The notes beneath the pieces are model-generated. The model saw only the letters and a program-made list of their open reading frames with translations, ran no database searches and was not told where the DNA came from. The position numbers and the translations under genes are program-made. From a bacterium (GTDB lineage Bacteria > SZUA-182 > DTGQ01): DNA of 46,173 nt. Shown in pieces: positions 19,898 through 29,816 of the stretch (position 1 is its first letter; the number at the start of each line of letters is the position of its first letter). Location: the NCBI GenBank assembly GCA_040752695.1, contig JBFMGO010000035.1, forward strand, positions 1 through 46,173, in the 5' to 3' direction.

Positions 19898-22800
19898 TTA
19901 ATAAACTGTCAGGTCATCTACACGAACATCTCCAGTTATAGTCACGCTTTCAATTTGATTAAGACCACTATTATTGAAGTAAACCTGCATCATGTCACTC
20001 AAGTTAATGGTCAAAGTATGCCATTGTCCATCAGTGTAGAAGGGCCCCAGATAGCTATATGCCAATGTTGCGAATGAACCTCCGGAATATTCGGTACCGC
20101 CGGTGGCATAGATGAGGTTATACTCGACAGCATAACTGTCCCTTACTTTAAACCACAGGGTAAATTGGCTATTAGCCTTGATGTTCAGGGTTATCGTGCT
20201 GCCGGATGTCATAAGGGTTTTTTCCACCTCATAGATAGAAACCGCGTCCGTATTGGGAATGATAGATATAACCTTACTATGAACATCCGTATCATAGACA
20301 GAACTGACCTCTCCGAGTTGAGCGGTTTTCTCTGCCCAGGTACCAAGATCACTGCAGCCGTCGGTAAATGTGGCATTTCGCGGAATGGCTGAAACCTCGA
20401 CACCGTTGCTTTCCGAACCATCCTGCATTACCTGCATGACCTTGAAGGTGTGAGAAACATTGTTCGTCAAACCGCTTACTAGATAAGAGTACTCATTCGT
20501 TGTATTGCTAATGAGACTTGGAGAAATGGCAATAGGCATATTCCCGTCGACGGAGAGGCGGAACTCTGCTACTGTCGGATCGGCGCTCGTCCAGCAAAGC
20601 TCTGTAGAACCATCGAGTGGTCTGGCCACAAGGCTGGTAACATCCGGAACCGCCTTTTCCAAGCGGATATTGTCGATGGAGCATTCTCCCCGGATGGTAA
20701 TCCCCAGAAGATACATGAAGGTAACGTTTTCGAGTCCCTGTGCATCCTGGATATCCTTGGTCAGGTTTCTGATTACGGTACGCCAGTTGCTGTTTTGATC
20801 TTTCCCTTTCCATCCAAGATAGTGAGTGATGTACAGCCCTTGCCGGATCTTGTCCGGTGTGGGGCAGTAATCAAAATCTTTGGTCACATCCGGCTGGTAA
20901 CTCAGGAAATACCTGTTACCGTTGCTGGCAAGAACATAAAACTCAATACTGCAGGTACCATTTGATTTAAGGTCAAAATGCAATTCCGGATTATTGCATT
21001 CCTCAGGATTACTAATCCATTTAACCGCTATGAAGTTCAATTTCTTGCTCGAAGTGGGAACGAGACTCATGTATGAGTTGCTCCCTTCAGCAACACGGTT
21101 GATGCTCCCGGTACCTTGCAGGCGGAACCATCCATTATCTGTGGGCGTTCCAGTGCCGGAATACTCAAAATCATCCACGGCTATCTCTGCCGGTGTCTCT
21201 GGGGTTGCTGTGGCTGAAATCTCAGAATAATTGCGAGGAGTTGCATTATCATAAGCTCTGATCGTAAAAGTATACGATCTGTTATTTTCCAGTCCGGTCA
21301 CCCGATAGCTGGTTACGGCTTTTCCAACTACCTCAACAGAAACCCCATTCCTGAAGATCTCGAAGATATCAAGGTCACCATCGGAAGGAGCGGTCCAGGA
21401 AAGTATGACAGCCTTATTCTGCGGTGTTGCGGTAAATGCATTGGCTGGCCAGGTCGGAGGCGTGTGGTCCGGCCGTGGCTGCGTTTGAATAGAGACACCA
21501 GGACTTACATTTCCGGTTATCTTATCACTGCTGTCCTTTACAGGAGCGTTATCATAGGCTTTGACTTTAAATTCATAGTCTCTATTATTGATTAAGCCAC
21601 TGATCGTGCAGGTTGTTGCCGTGGCTAAAACTTTATCAACTCTGGTGCCCACAGTCTCAACCATATAGCCGATGATATCGGGGTCCTGATTAGCAGGAAG
21701 AGTCCAGGAGAGAACCACTGCCTTGTCTTTGGCGATCGCAGTCAGGTTTTGGACATCTTTCGGAGGATTGAGATCCCTGCTTCCAACGGCTACAGCCACG
21801 TTATCGAAGCGATCGATGTCTCCACGCAGGACAATGCCCATCAGATAATCGTAGTGGACCTGATATCCCTGCTGTGTGGCGGCAATGGCTCTGTTCAGAT
21901 CCTTCTCCATGTTTCGCGTCACCTGTTTTCCGGCAGAATCGATAAATTGACTGCCAAGGTACCAGTTGATATACAATCCGTTGACGCTAAATTCCGCACT
22001 GATCGGGGGATCCTGAGGAATGTACCGCAGGAAGTAATTTTTGCCTTGCCCGTTGTTATCTATCGCATGAATGCAAACCTCAACATAGTAAAGGTTGCGG
22101 TCGGCAATAGTGAACTGCAATTCAGGGAAATTCCGCGTATCAAGAGGATTGTTGAGCCACTTGGTGGCAATATACTGTAATTGGCCCGTAGCTGAGACGG
22201 TATTGGGATCGGCATGTGAGGTAACCGTCTTCAGGTAATGATTTGTTGTACTGTCTTGCAGTGTTTCTGACAGCACGCTCATCTGGCCTTGACCCTGCAG
22301 CCGGAACCAGCCATTGTCCTCGGGTTTTGGAAAAAGGGCCAAATACTCAAAGTCTTCCACAATTTGAGAAGGATAAATCACCTGTATCTGAATATCCCTG
22401 GTAACAGACAGGTTCGAGGGCTTGCCATCGGTTTCCACGACCTTGAAAGTGGCTGCATACAAACCGGCAGAGCCAATCGCAGTGGTCCAACTGAAAAGGT
22501 TGCCTGTGAACGTTGCGCCATCCGGCAGGGTGAGTGCAGAACATGTCAGCGTGTTATTGTCGGCATCAGCACCCGTGACTTCCAGGGTAAGCGTTTCATC
22601 TTCATTGACACTGACCTGATTGGTTTCAACGACCTGACCATTTTTCTTAATGGTAAGGGTTGGAGCCCGGTTTCCAATGGTGATGGCTGTTGCTGTAAAG
22701 GCAGGACCACTGGTTTGACCATCGGAAGCAATAACCTTGCAGGTATACTGAGAACCCTGCGCCAGGGCTACGGTTGAAGGCAGTGTGGAAGTGGTCGAGG

Positions 22801-25015
22801 AGGATGCTGCTTGAGTGTACACAGGAGTTGCATCCGAATCCTTGAACCATTCAAAGGTGTATTGTACAGAATCACCGTCTGGATCGGTGCTTGGGCTCGT
22901 TACGCTGCATACTAAAGATGAATTCTTGTATGGGCTTGCAGGCGTGAGAGATGCAGCCGGCTTGGTCGGTGGATTATTGACGATGGTAACGTCCTGATCG
23001 GCAGGATTGCGTACAAAAGCGGTGTAGGTTGCACCATTATCATCGGTGGCTGCAACCTCGCAACGCCAGGTCTGATTCTTGGCCAGCACTGAATCTAATT
23101 TCTGGCTCAACTCCGTGGTGGGGCCTTTCGTTACCGGAGCCTGATCAACGCCATTCACGGTGCATGTCCATTTATATAAATATTTTATTGTATCTACACC
23201 GTCGGCCGCGTCTGGATCCGTAGCTGCCTGCCCGATGGTACAGGTGATGCCATCGACAGTTTTTGCAATCGAAATGCTGCCGGGAGCTGAAGGTGACACA
23301 TTGCCGATGGTCAGAGAGTTAGATGTACCAATATTACTGGTCGCAGTACTATTCTCGGTCAAAGTGGCCTTGCAGATCCAGCTTTCACCCTTTTTGATTT
23401 TGCCGGCTGAAAGCGTTTCGGTAGTGTTATTGGTTTCCTGATTGTTTTTGTACCACTTTACGGTATAGCCCAAAGTATCGGAAGTATCCGCATCTGTACA
23501 CCCGCTGATACTTACGGTAGCCACCAGGTCGGAATTGGTTGTCGGATTGGCAGGACTGACGCTCACGGTGGGGTTCCCAGAAGGAGCAGTATTGCCGATC
23601 GTTACTGTATTTGAAGCCTTGGCCGGGCTTTCGCCATCAAATGGAGTATCGGACACCGTCACGGAACATGACCAGGCATCCCCCTTGGAGGTAAGGCTGC
23701 TTGAAACAGTGCTTCCGGTAATACTCTGCGCAACTCCATTTTTAAACCAGGTATAATTTTGGGTAACCGGATCACCCAGAGGATCGAGACCGCCTGTCAC
23801 GGTACAGGTGAGAGTGTCACCCGTTTTGGGGCTGGCCGGTGAAATCACGACCGAAGTAGGCGCTGAGGGTATTCCTTCAGTAACCAGAACAGCGAAGGTT
23901 TTTGTACCGGTCTTTACATTGCTGGCCTCAACGGTAACCGTATAGGGCGCCTGACTGACATCTCCTGCTGCAGGATTCCAGGTAATTTTTGCTTCAGCCG
24001 GGTCTGCCTGAGCAGTAATGCTCATACCGTTTGGTGCACCTTGAAGATTCCAGCCGCTGATGCTGTCTCCATCAGGATCGTTAGCAGCCACGTCAAGAGA
24101 GAATGCCTCACCTGGTTTCATAACGTATTGATTATTGATGAATCTTAAGCTTGAAGGCTTAATCGTAACCGCTGGCGGCTGATCCGCAGCTTGTGGAGCT
24201 ATCAGAATATAGTTTGTTCCCCACTCATCTAGTCCATCCGGCATATCTGGAAAACCTTCAGTTTCTACATTCGGGTTCCAGGCAATATTTTTTATTACCT
24301 TGTATCCTTGATTTATCCCACCAAGGCAATAAATAGTCACGTTCGGGGTTCCTGAAATGGCCTTATATTTACCATCCGGTCCATAAACATAGCCGATTAA
24401 TTTGACAATCGAATCATATATCCCGAAATCTTCATCCAAATGCTGCCAGCTGTTTTCGCTGCCAGCTACAGGATAATTGACACCCTCAATACCGACCATA
24501 ACATAGACATCTTCGGCAGCGACCTCATCCATGGTTGGGGAGTAAGTGGTAAAATAGATACTTTGATCGGCGAGAGGAAAAGTATCCCCTTCCTGGGGTG
24601 AAACTTCGGTCTTAACGCTCAGGTAGGGAGCCGCCTGGGGATAGTCAATAGCAGCGGAGCCATTGACCGTCATGTTTATCTTTACATAATAATTCGTACC
24701 TGCCTGAAGTCCAGCCACTCCAATCTGAACGATTCCGTCCGATTTCCAGTTAGTTTCCGTAAGGTTGAACGTTGCAGGGTTTGTGCCTTGAGCATCCGTA
24801 TAAACCAAAACATTGATGTCACAGGAACTAAGAGCCTGATCTATCATGCATACTGCCCGGAAGCTGTTATTGTTTACATCGTGAATAATAACGGATTGGC
24901 CATCTATGCTTACCAAAGATGCAGCCCCCGCGTTTGATACTACTACTCCCAGAGAAATAATGATAAGGCCAAGGATTATCTCCAAGGAACAAATCTTTTT
25001 AAAAAACTTTTTCAT
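19898..25015 (-). CDS. Large secreted multidomain protein (Ig-like repeats, FN3 domains, three copies of an unassigned ~160-190-aa domain)
   Basis: AGGAGG SD; signal peptide ending AGA; four ~100-aa Ig-like repeats (Y.W.K...W.C), DPDGD/DADNN Ig domains, FN3 motifs (VLSWT...GL.N...Y.F.V.AYD), repeated DFEY...NGWFRLQG. Confidence 0.85.
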   Translation of the reverse strand: MKKFFKKICSLEIILGLIIISLGVVVSNAGAASLVSIDGQSVIIHDVNNNSFRAVCMIDQALSSCDINVLVYTDAQGTNPATFNLTETNWKSDGIVQIGVAGLQAGTNYYVKINMTVNGSAAIDYPQAAPYLSVKTEVSPQEGDTFPLADQSIYFTTYSPTMDEVAAEDVYVMVGIEGVNYPVAGSENSWQHLDEDFGIYDSIVKLIGYVYGPDGKYKAISGTPNVTIYCLGGINQGYKVIKNIAWNPNVETEGFPDMPDGLDEWGTNYILIAPQAADQPPAVTIKPSSLRFINNQYVMKPGEAFSLDVAANDPDGDSISGWNLQGAPNGMSITAQADPAEAKITWNPAAGDVSQAPYTVTVEASNVKTGTKTFAVLVTEGIPSAPTSVVISPASPKTGDTLTCTVTGGLDPLGDPVTQNYTWFKNGVAQSITGSTVSSSLTSKGDAWSCSVTVSDTPFDGESPAKASNTVTIGNTAPSGNPTVSVSPANPTTNSDLVATVSISGCTDADTSDTLGYTVKWYKNNQETNNTTETLSAGKIKKGESWICKATLTENSTATSNIGTSNSLTIGNVSPSAPGSISIAKTVDGITCTIGQAATDPDAADGVDTIKYLYKWTCTVNGVDQAPVTKGPTTELSQKLDSVLAKNQTWRCEVAATDDNGATYTAFVRNPADQDVTIVNNPPTKPAASLTPASPYKNSSLVCSVTSPSTDPDGDSVQYTFEWFKDSDATPVYTQAASSSTTSTLPSTVALAQGSQYTCKVIASDGQTSGPAFTATAITIGNRAPTLTIKKNGQVVETNQVSVNEDETLTLEVTGADADNNTLTCSALTLPDGATFTGNLFSWTTAIGSAGLYAATFKVVETDGKPSNLSVTRDIQIQVIYPSQIVEDFEYLALFPKPEDNGWFRLQGQGQMSVLSETLQDSTTNHYLKTVTSHADPNTVSATGQLQYIATKWLNNPLDTRNFPELQFTIADRNLYYVEVCIHAIDNNGQGKNYFLRYIPQDPPISAEFSVNGLYINWYLGSQFIDSAGKQVTRNMEKDLNRAIAATQQGYQVHYDYLMGIVLRGDIDRFDNVAVAVGSRDLNPPKDVQNLTAIAKDKAVVLSWTLPANQDPDIIGYMVETVGTRVDKVLATATTCTISGLINNRDYEFKVKAYDNAPVKDSSDKITGNVSPGVSIQTQPRPDHTPPTWPANAFTATPQNKAVILSWTAPSDGDLDIFEIFRNGVSVEVVGKAVTSYRVTGLENNRSYTFTIRAYDNATPRNYSEISATATPETPAEIAVDDFEYSGTGTPTDNGWFRLQGTGSINRVAEGSNSYMSLVPTSSKKLNFIAVKWISNPEECNNPELHFDLKSNGTCSIEFYVLASNGNRYFLSYQPDVTKDFDYCPTPDKIRQGLYITHYLGWKGKDQNSNWRTVIRNLTKDIQDAQGLENVTFMYLLGITIRGECSIDNIRLEKAVPDVTSLVARPLDGSTELCWTSADPTVAEFRLSVDGNMPIAISPSLISNTTNEYSYLVSGLTNNVSHTFKVMQVMQDGSESNGVEVSAIPRNATFTDGCSDLGTWAEKTAQLGEVSSVYDTDVHSKVISIIPNTDAVSIYEVEKTLMTSGSTITLNIKANSQFTLWFKVRDSYAVEYNLIYATGGTEYSGGSFATLAYSYLGPFYTDGQWHTLTINLSDMMQVYFNNSGLNQIESVTITGDVRVDDLTVY

Positions 25016-25161
25016 GAATACTTCCTCCTTTCGCTACCCTACTTTTCACTTTTTTTCTCCTGCGTGTATGTTGTATCATCAATTTAAGTGCCCCCCCACC
25101 AAAGCTTCTGAAGGAAGATTTGGTCTCAGGCTTCAACCTTTGGATTCGTGGTCCTTATCCT

Positions 25162-26589
25162 TCATTTCTTCAATGGATCAACGTTTGAGACAGCATTTTT
25201 TAAAAAGACAAAGTAACCCATTCCCCGCTTCATGTCCTTTGAATCTCGAACAACCCACTTTCCTCTGGAAAAAACTTTGTCTGTCTTTGTCCAATTCGCC
25301 CCATCATACGTTAAGATAAAGTTAACATTCTGGTCACCAAGTGCATCTATGCTCTCCAAAAGATCCTTGGTTGAATAAAAAGAGGGAATTTGGGGAAAAC
25401 CGCAAATATTCATGTTCTGATTAAGACTGAATTGAGTCGTTGCGGGATAGCCGCTAATGTAGAGGGGCTTAGTCATAGCTTCTTTCATCAGCACCAGATA
25501 CCCTTTTCCCGGGTCAATCTTTACAGCATCTCTCGTAACCCATTTGCCCCTTGAAAAAACTTTATCTGTCTTTTTCCAATTAACCCCATCATAGCTTAAA
25601 ATACAACTGACCTGACCTCCAACAGATTCCAGAGCGTCCAGAAGCGTCCCGGTGGTATAACCTTCTGGAACTTCGCACGGATAGGAAAAAGCATTAAGGC
25701 CGTTGCCGAATTTGATAGCGGCAGTCACCTTGGCTGAACTGATCGTCTGGTTTCCAACCCTGGTAATGGCCGGAACCGGCATAACCTGTACCATATCACC
25801 GGCTACGGGAGTAATGCCCGGCACAACGCTCACCTTTAGGTAACTGCCTTCCACTATGCCGGCAGTACCTGGGTCGTCTCCTGTCAACTGAAGCGGAAAA
25901 AGATCTACCACATTCGGCGTACTGGGGTCGTCAGCAAATAAGTTGTTCAGGTTTAACGCTGCATATTCCCTATAGGAAATATTGGTCGGGGCAAACGATT
26001 TACCCGTATAATCGGCAGCCTGGATATTCCCCGGCATGCCAAAGCCAACCCACCCCGTCAGGGGATACTTGTTCTTCTTCGTCGTGCAGCCTGCATCAGT
26101 GTAGATATCGGCCATCACCAGAGTGCCCAGGGCCGGAGTCTTCCCATCGGTATTGAATACGGCTACGTGAAAAATGTCGTTGGTTACAATGTCATTTGCA
26201 TTCGGGTCAGACGAGAGGAGCCCTCTGAACAGGGCGGTGGTTACCGTACCGCTGAAAGTGCCTGAGTTTTTCCTCGTTCCCGTATAACTGTAGGTAGTAC
26301 CATAATCCAACCCTATAACCTCAAACTTTATTACACCACGGGCCTGGGCATCCGCATCAGATTCCAGGATGATCTGACTGCCGTCCACTGCCGCCCCTCC
26401 ACTTTTGCGGACACTAAGACTGCATACGCCGAGCCCGCCGGTACTTTCCGTCCAAACCACACTAAAAGATCGGGTGGTTACATCAGTGACAGTCGGATCC
26501 AGCGCCCAAACGGATGCTGAAAGAAAGACACTTCCCACCAGTAAAAGAATAAAACAGGTTATCCTGCTACTCTTATAAAACCATTCCAT
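25162..26589 (-). CDS. Secreted hypothetical protein (FN3-like N-domain, two 95-aa C-terminal repeats)
   Basis: Signal peptide from ATG 26589 ending VWA (ORF extends to 26649); DVTTRSFSVVWT...GLDYGTTYSY; duplicated ILxYDGxNWxKTDKVFSRGKWVxRD. Confidence 0.8.
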   Translation of the reverse strand: MEWFYKSSRITCFILLLVGSVFLSASVWALDPTVTDVTTRSFSVVWTESTGGLGVCSLSVRKSGGAAVDGSQIILESDADAQARGVIKFEVIGLDYGTTYSYTGTRKNSGTFSGTVTTALFRGLLSSDPNANDIVTNDIFHVAVFNTDGKTPALGTLVMADIYTDAGCTTKKNKYPLTGWVGFGMPGNIQAADYTGKSFAPTNISYREYAALNLNNLFADDPSTPNVVDLFPLQLTGDDPGTAGIVEGSYLKVSVVPGITPVAGDMVQVMPVPAITRVGNQTISSAKVTAAIKFGNGLNAFSYPCEVPEGYTTGTLLDALESVGGQVSCILSYDGVNWKKTDKVFSRGKWVTRDAVKIDPGKGYLVLMKEAMTKPLYISGYPATTQFSLNQNMNICGFPQIPSFYSTKDLLESIDALGDQNVNFILTYDGANWTKTDKVFSRGKWVVRDSKDMKRGMGYFVFLKNAVSNVDPLKK

Positions 26590-26723
26590 AAATGAGGACC
26601 CCCTTTCGCCAAACGCAAAAGCTACTAAAGTTTTGGTAAGATTCTTCATTTAAAAAGTTCATGTTTATCAATGTTCTGGCACTGCCCCCCTTTAAAAATA
26701 AACGATACCTTGGCTCGAATTAA

Positions 26724-26739
26724 AGCAAATAAGATGCCA
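26724..26739 (-). promoter_or_regulatory. sigma54 (-24/-12) promoter of the secreted-protein operon
   Basis: TGGCATCTTATTTGCT, an exact GG-N10-GC with one mismatch to TGGCAC-N5-TTGCW, about 135 bp upstream of the start. Confidence 0.7.
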
Positions 26740-27079
26740 CTTGGCCCACCAATAAAAATATAAAAATTACTTATCAATTTCGCTGCTAATTCAGCTCTTT
26801 TCCGTCCTTGGTCGTTTGTTTTGTTCTCTTTAACTCCCTCTCTCCTTCACCTTAAAAGAGAGAAGAATGTGCAGATTTGTTCATAGTGTGCAAATGATTA
26901 CCTACTCCTTGTTTAATTTTTTGGTTTTGTGCTGTATCACCCGGATTATTTTCAGCACAAGTATGCAAATTCCAGTTCATGAAGGTTCTAAACTTCAAAA
27001 ATACTCCTTTGACCTTTACTCATGCGCTGTCCGGGGTGCTTTGCGGAAAGATTGCTCAAAAAATCACAAAGACGAATAA

Positions 27080-27109
27080 ATTATAGCACTCCTAAATTAG
27101 TATTGTCAA
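27080..27109 (-). promoter_or_regulatory. sigma70-type promoter with consensus hexamers
   Basis: TTGACA-N18-TATAAT with extended -10 (TGC-TATAAT). Confidence 0.7.
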
Positions 27110-27313
27110 ACTATACAGGTAAATAGATAATAAAATATAAAGACTTTGGTAAAGTCAAAAAGCAGGGGACTTATATATAACATAAGTCCGCAATGGCAAT
27201 TTAGGAAGGGGAGTAATGATAAAATAAAAATGGTGAACCTTAAAAAAACTGCATATTCCCTCCCACTCTCCACACCTTGACTTCAATCTTCACTTACAAA
27301 GACAGCCTCCTTT

Positions 27314-28603
27314 TCAGGGCAATCTCCTTCGTACGGCCATGGCATGAGCAGTCAGACCCTCAATCTCGGCCAGCGTAACGGCACTTGGCCCCATCTGCTT
27401 AAGACCGGATCGGGTACAGTGAGTAAAACCGGATCGCTTACAGAAAGTGTCCACCCCAAGAGAAGAGAAAAACCGCGCTGTTCCAGAGGTTGGCAATACA
27501 TGGTTTGGACCAGCCAGATAATCCCCCATGGTTTCCGGAGTGAAATGGCCTAAAAAGATTGACCCTGCATTCTGTATCCTCGGCAAAAGAGCAAACGGAT
27601 TCTCCACTGCCAGAATCAGGTGCTCGGCTGCCAGTTCGTTAACCAGGCCAATTGCTTCCTCCATGTCCTTGGTTTGAATCAAGTAGCCGTAGTCTTGCAG
27701 GGAGCGGCTTGCGATCTCCTTTCTCGGCAACTGCTCTACCTGGGTTGCGACCTGGCGTTGAACTTCCTGAATGATCGAACCTTCCGGTGTTACCACCATC
27801 GTAAATGCCCGCTCGTCATGCTCTGCCTGCGAAAGCAGATCTGCGGCAGTATATTCCGCACTGGCAGTGTGATCGCACAGGACGAGTACCTCGCTGGGAC
27901 CAGCCAGCATATCGATATCGACCAGTCCGAAGACCTGCCTCTTGGCCAGAGTTACAAAAATGTTACCCGGGCCGACAATTTTCTGCACCCTGGGTACACT
28001 TTCGGTACCATAGGCCAGGGCCGCGACTGCCTGAGCACCACCAACCTTGCATATTTTCTGGACTCCCAAAAGATCAGCCGCAACTAGGGTATAAGGAGAT
28101 AAAGTCTTGGCTTTGCCCGGAGGAGAGGCAATGACAATATCTTTAACTCCGGCAATCTGTGCAGGGACGACTCCCATGATCACCGACGATGGATAGGATG
28201 CCTTGCCACCCGGAACGTAAATGCCTACCTTCTCAATAGCCGTGACCAGTTGTCCCAGTACAGTCCCGTTCTCTTCCGCGTAAAACCAGGATTCACTCTT
28301 TTGATGACGATGGAATTCTCGAATCCTTACGATACTTAATTCCATTGCTGCAATTTCCTCAGGCCGTACCTGGCCATAGGCAGCTTCAATTTCGGATCTT
28401 TTCACCAAAAGGTCTTCCCGGGCCAAAGAGACGCCATCAAATTCGCGGCTGTAATCCAAGAGAGCCCGGTCCCCCTCTTGATGCACTCTGTGAATAATCG
28501 CCTTGACCTTTTCCTCCACACCCTCGGCTGCCAATGAAAACCGATTGACCAGCCGGTCAATTTCTTCTGCAAAATTACTCTCCTGCGTAATTATAATCTT
28601 CAC
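27314..28603 (-). CDS. hisD: Histidinol dehydrogenase
   Basis: [45 protein letters not shown] start with GAGGAGG SD. Confidence 0.97.
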   Translation of the reverse strand: MKIIITQESNFAEEIDRLVNRFSLAAEGVEEKVKAIIHRVHQEGDRALLDYSREFDGVSLAREDLLVKRSEIEAAYGQVRPEEIAAMELSIVRIREFHRHQKSESWFYAEENGTVLGQLVTAIEKVGIYVPGGKASYPSSVIMGVVPAQIAGVKDIVIASPPGKAKTLSPYTLVAADLLGVQKICKVGGAQAVAALAYGTESVPRVQKIVGPGNIFVTLAKRQVFGLVDIDMLAGPSEVLVLCDHTASAEYTAADLLSQAEHDERAFTMVVTPEGSIIQEVQRQVATQVEQLPRKEIASRSLQDYGYLIQTKDMEEAIGLVNELAAEHLILAVENPFALLPRIQNAGSIFLGHFTPETMGDYLAGPNHVLPTSGTARFFSSLGVDTFCKRSGFTHCTRSGLKQMGPSAVTLAEIEGLTAHAMAVRRRLP

Positions 28604-28771
28604 GGCTACGACCCCTCCTCGCTATAATAGAGCTTGTCTTAATAGAGCTATCTTAATAAAGATGTAAGAAGTGAAAACAAAGCCATAAAAGGCACAAGGG
28701 GAATGAAAGGTACGCGAGTGCCTCTCGTGCCTTTCTTATCGTGAGCGGGGGTTCCCTGTCCCCATGCCATG

Positions 28772-29674
28772 TTAACAGCCTGACAATCTGGCCACGAGGA
28801 TCCGGTCAATTCCGGCGTAATCGGAAAGGATCTCCTGCACTTCATACCCATGATTATGAACTTCCCGGACGAGGGCTTCTTTTTGCCCTGAGCCCATTTC
28901 CATAATCAAAAGGCCCCCGACCTTCAAAATCCCCCTGGTCTCATGGATCAATCGCCGGTAGCAGTCCAGCCCATCGGCACCTCCACCGTCCAGAGCACCC
29001 TGAGGTTCAAAGGTGCACACTTCCGGCGACAGAAAAGGTATATCCGATGGCGGGATATAAGGGAGGTTGGATGCCACGCAGTCAATCTTTCTGAAAGGAA
29101 GGTATTGAGCGAAGGCGGAGAGAAGATCGGCCCGCAGGAAGGTTATTTGCCCTGATACCCGATGGCGGGCGGCATTCTGACGAGCCACCGAGAGGGCTGC
29201 CTCTGAGATATCGAGAGCAAAGATGCGGGCCGTTGGGATCTCTTTGGCCAGGCAAACGGCAATGTTGCCGCTTCCCGTACCCACATCGATGATGAGGGCC
29301 GCACCGGGAGAAAAACGTAATACGGCTTCGACCACAAATTCGGTCTCCGGCCGGGGAATCAAAACACCGGGAGCTACGATGAAATCAAGGGACCAGAATT
29401 CTCTCTCACCGACGATATAGGCCGATGGCTCGTGGCGGGCTCTTCTTGTGACCAGTGTCTGAAAATCCCGAAAATGCGGACACTCCTCGTTCCATCGGGT
29501 ATAGAGTTCGATGCGGCTGATCTTAAGGAAATGGGCAAGGAGGATTTCGGCTTCCATTCGAGGATTCTCGATCCCGGCCGATTCGAGCTGATAGACTGCC
29601 TCCTTAAGGATATTGAAAAGAGAACAGGAGCCCGCGCTCCCCTTCTTCCCGACGCTGAAGAGGGAAGATTTCAT
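28772..29674 (-). CDS. prmC: Release factor glutamine methyltransferase HemK
   Basis: EPSAYIVG, VLIPRPETE, DVGTGSG, NLPY, EP..ALDGG; downstream of prfA. Start uncertain. Confidence 0.93.
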   Translation of the reverse strand: MKSSLFSVGKKGSAGSCSLFNILKEAVYQLESAGIENPRMEAEILLAHFLKISRIELYTRWNEECPHFRDFQTLVTRRARHEPSAYIVGEREFWSLDFIVAPGVLIPRPETEFVVEAVLRFSPGAALIIDVGTGSGNIAVCLAKEIPTARIFALDISEAALSVARQNAARHRVSGQITFLRADLLSAFAQYLPFRKIDCVASNLPYIPPSDIPFLSPEVCTFEPQGALDGGGADGLDCYRRLIHETRGILKVGGLLIMEMGSGQKEALVREVHNHGYEVQEILSDYAGIDRILVARLSGC

Positions 29675-29816
29675 ACCAATAGTTCCTTTCTCAACCTCGA
29701 TATATCTTTTATTTCTCAACCTTCGACAATGCAGATTTTAAAAACCTTGCAAGGCAAAGAAATTAAAAAGGCGATCTCAATCGACAGGAAGGAAGGCAGG
29801 GGAATACCCGGCTTTT

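Noticed and set aside
17100..27300. Accessory block as a prophage or ICE
   Set aside because: No integrase, transposase, phage or conjugation genes, and no flanking direct repeats seen.
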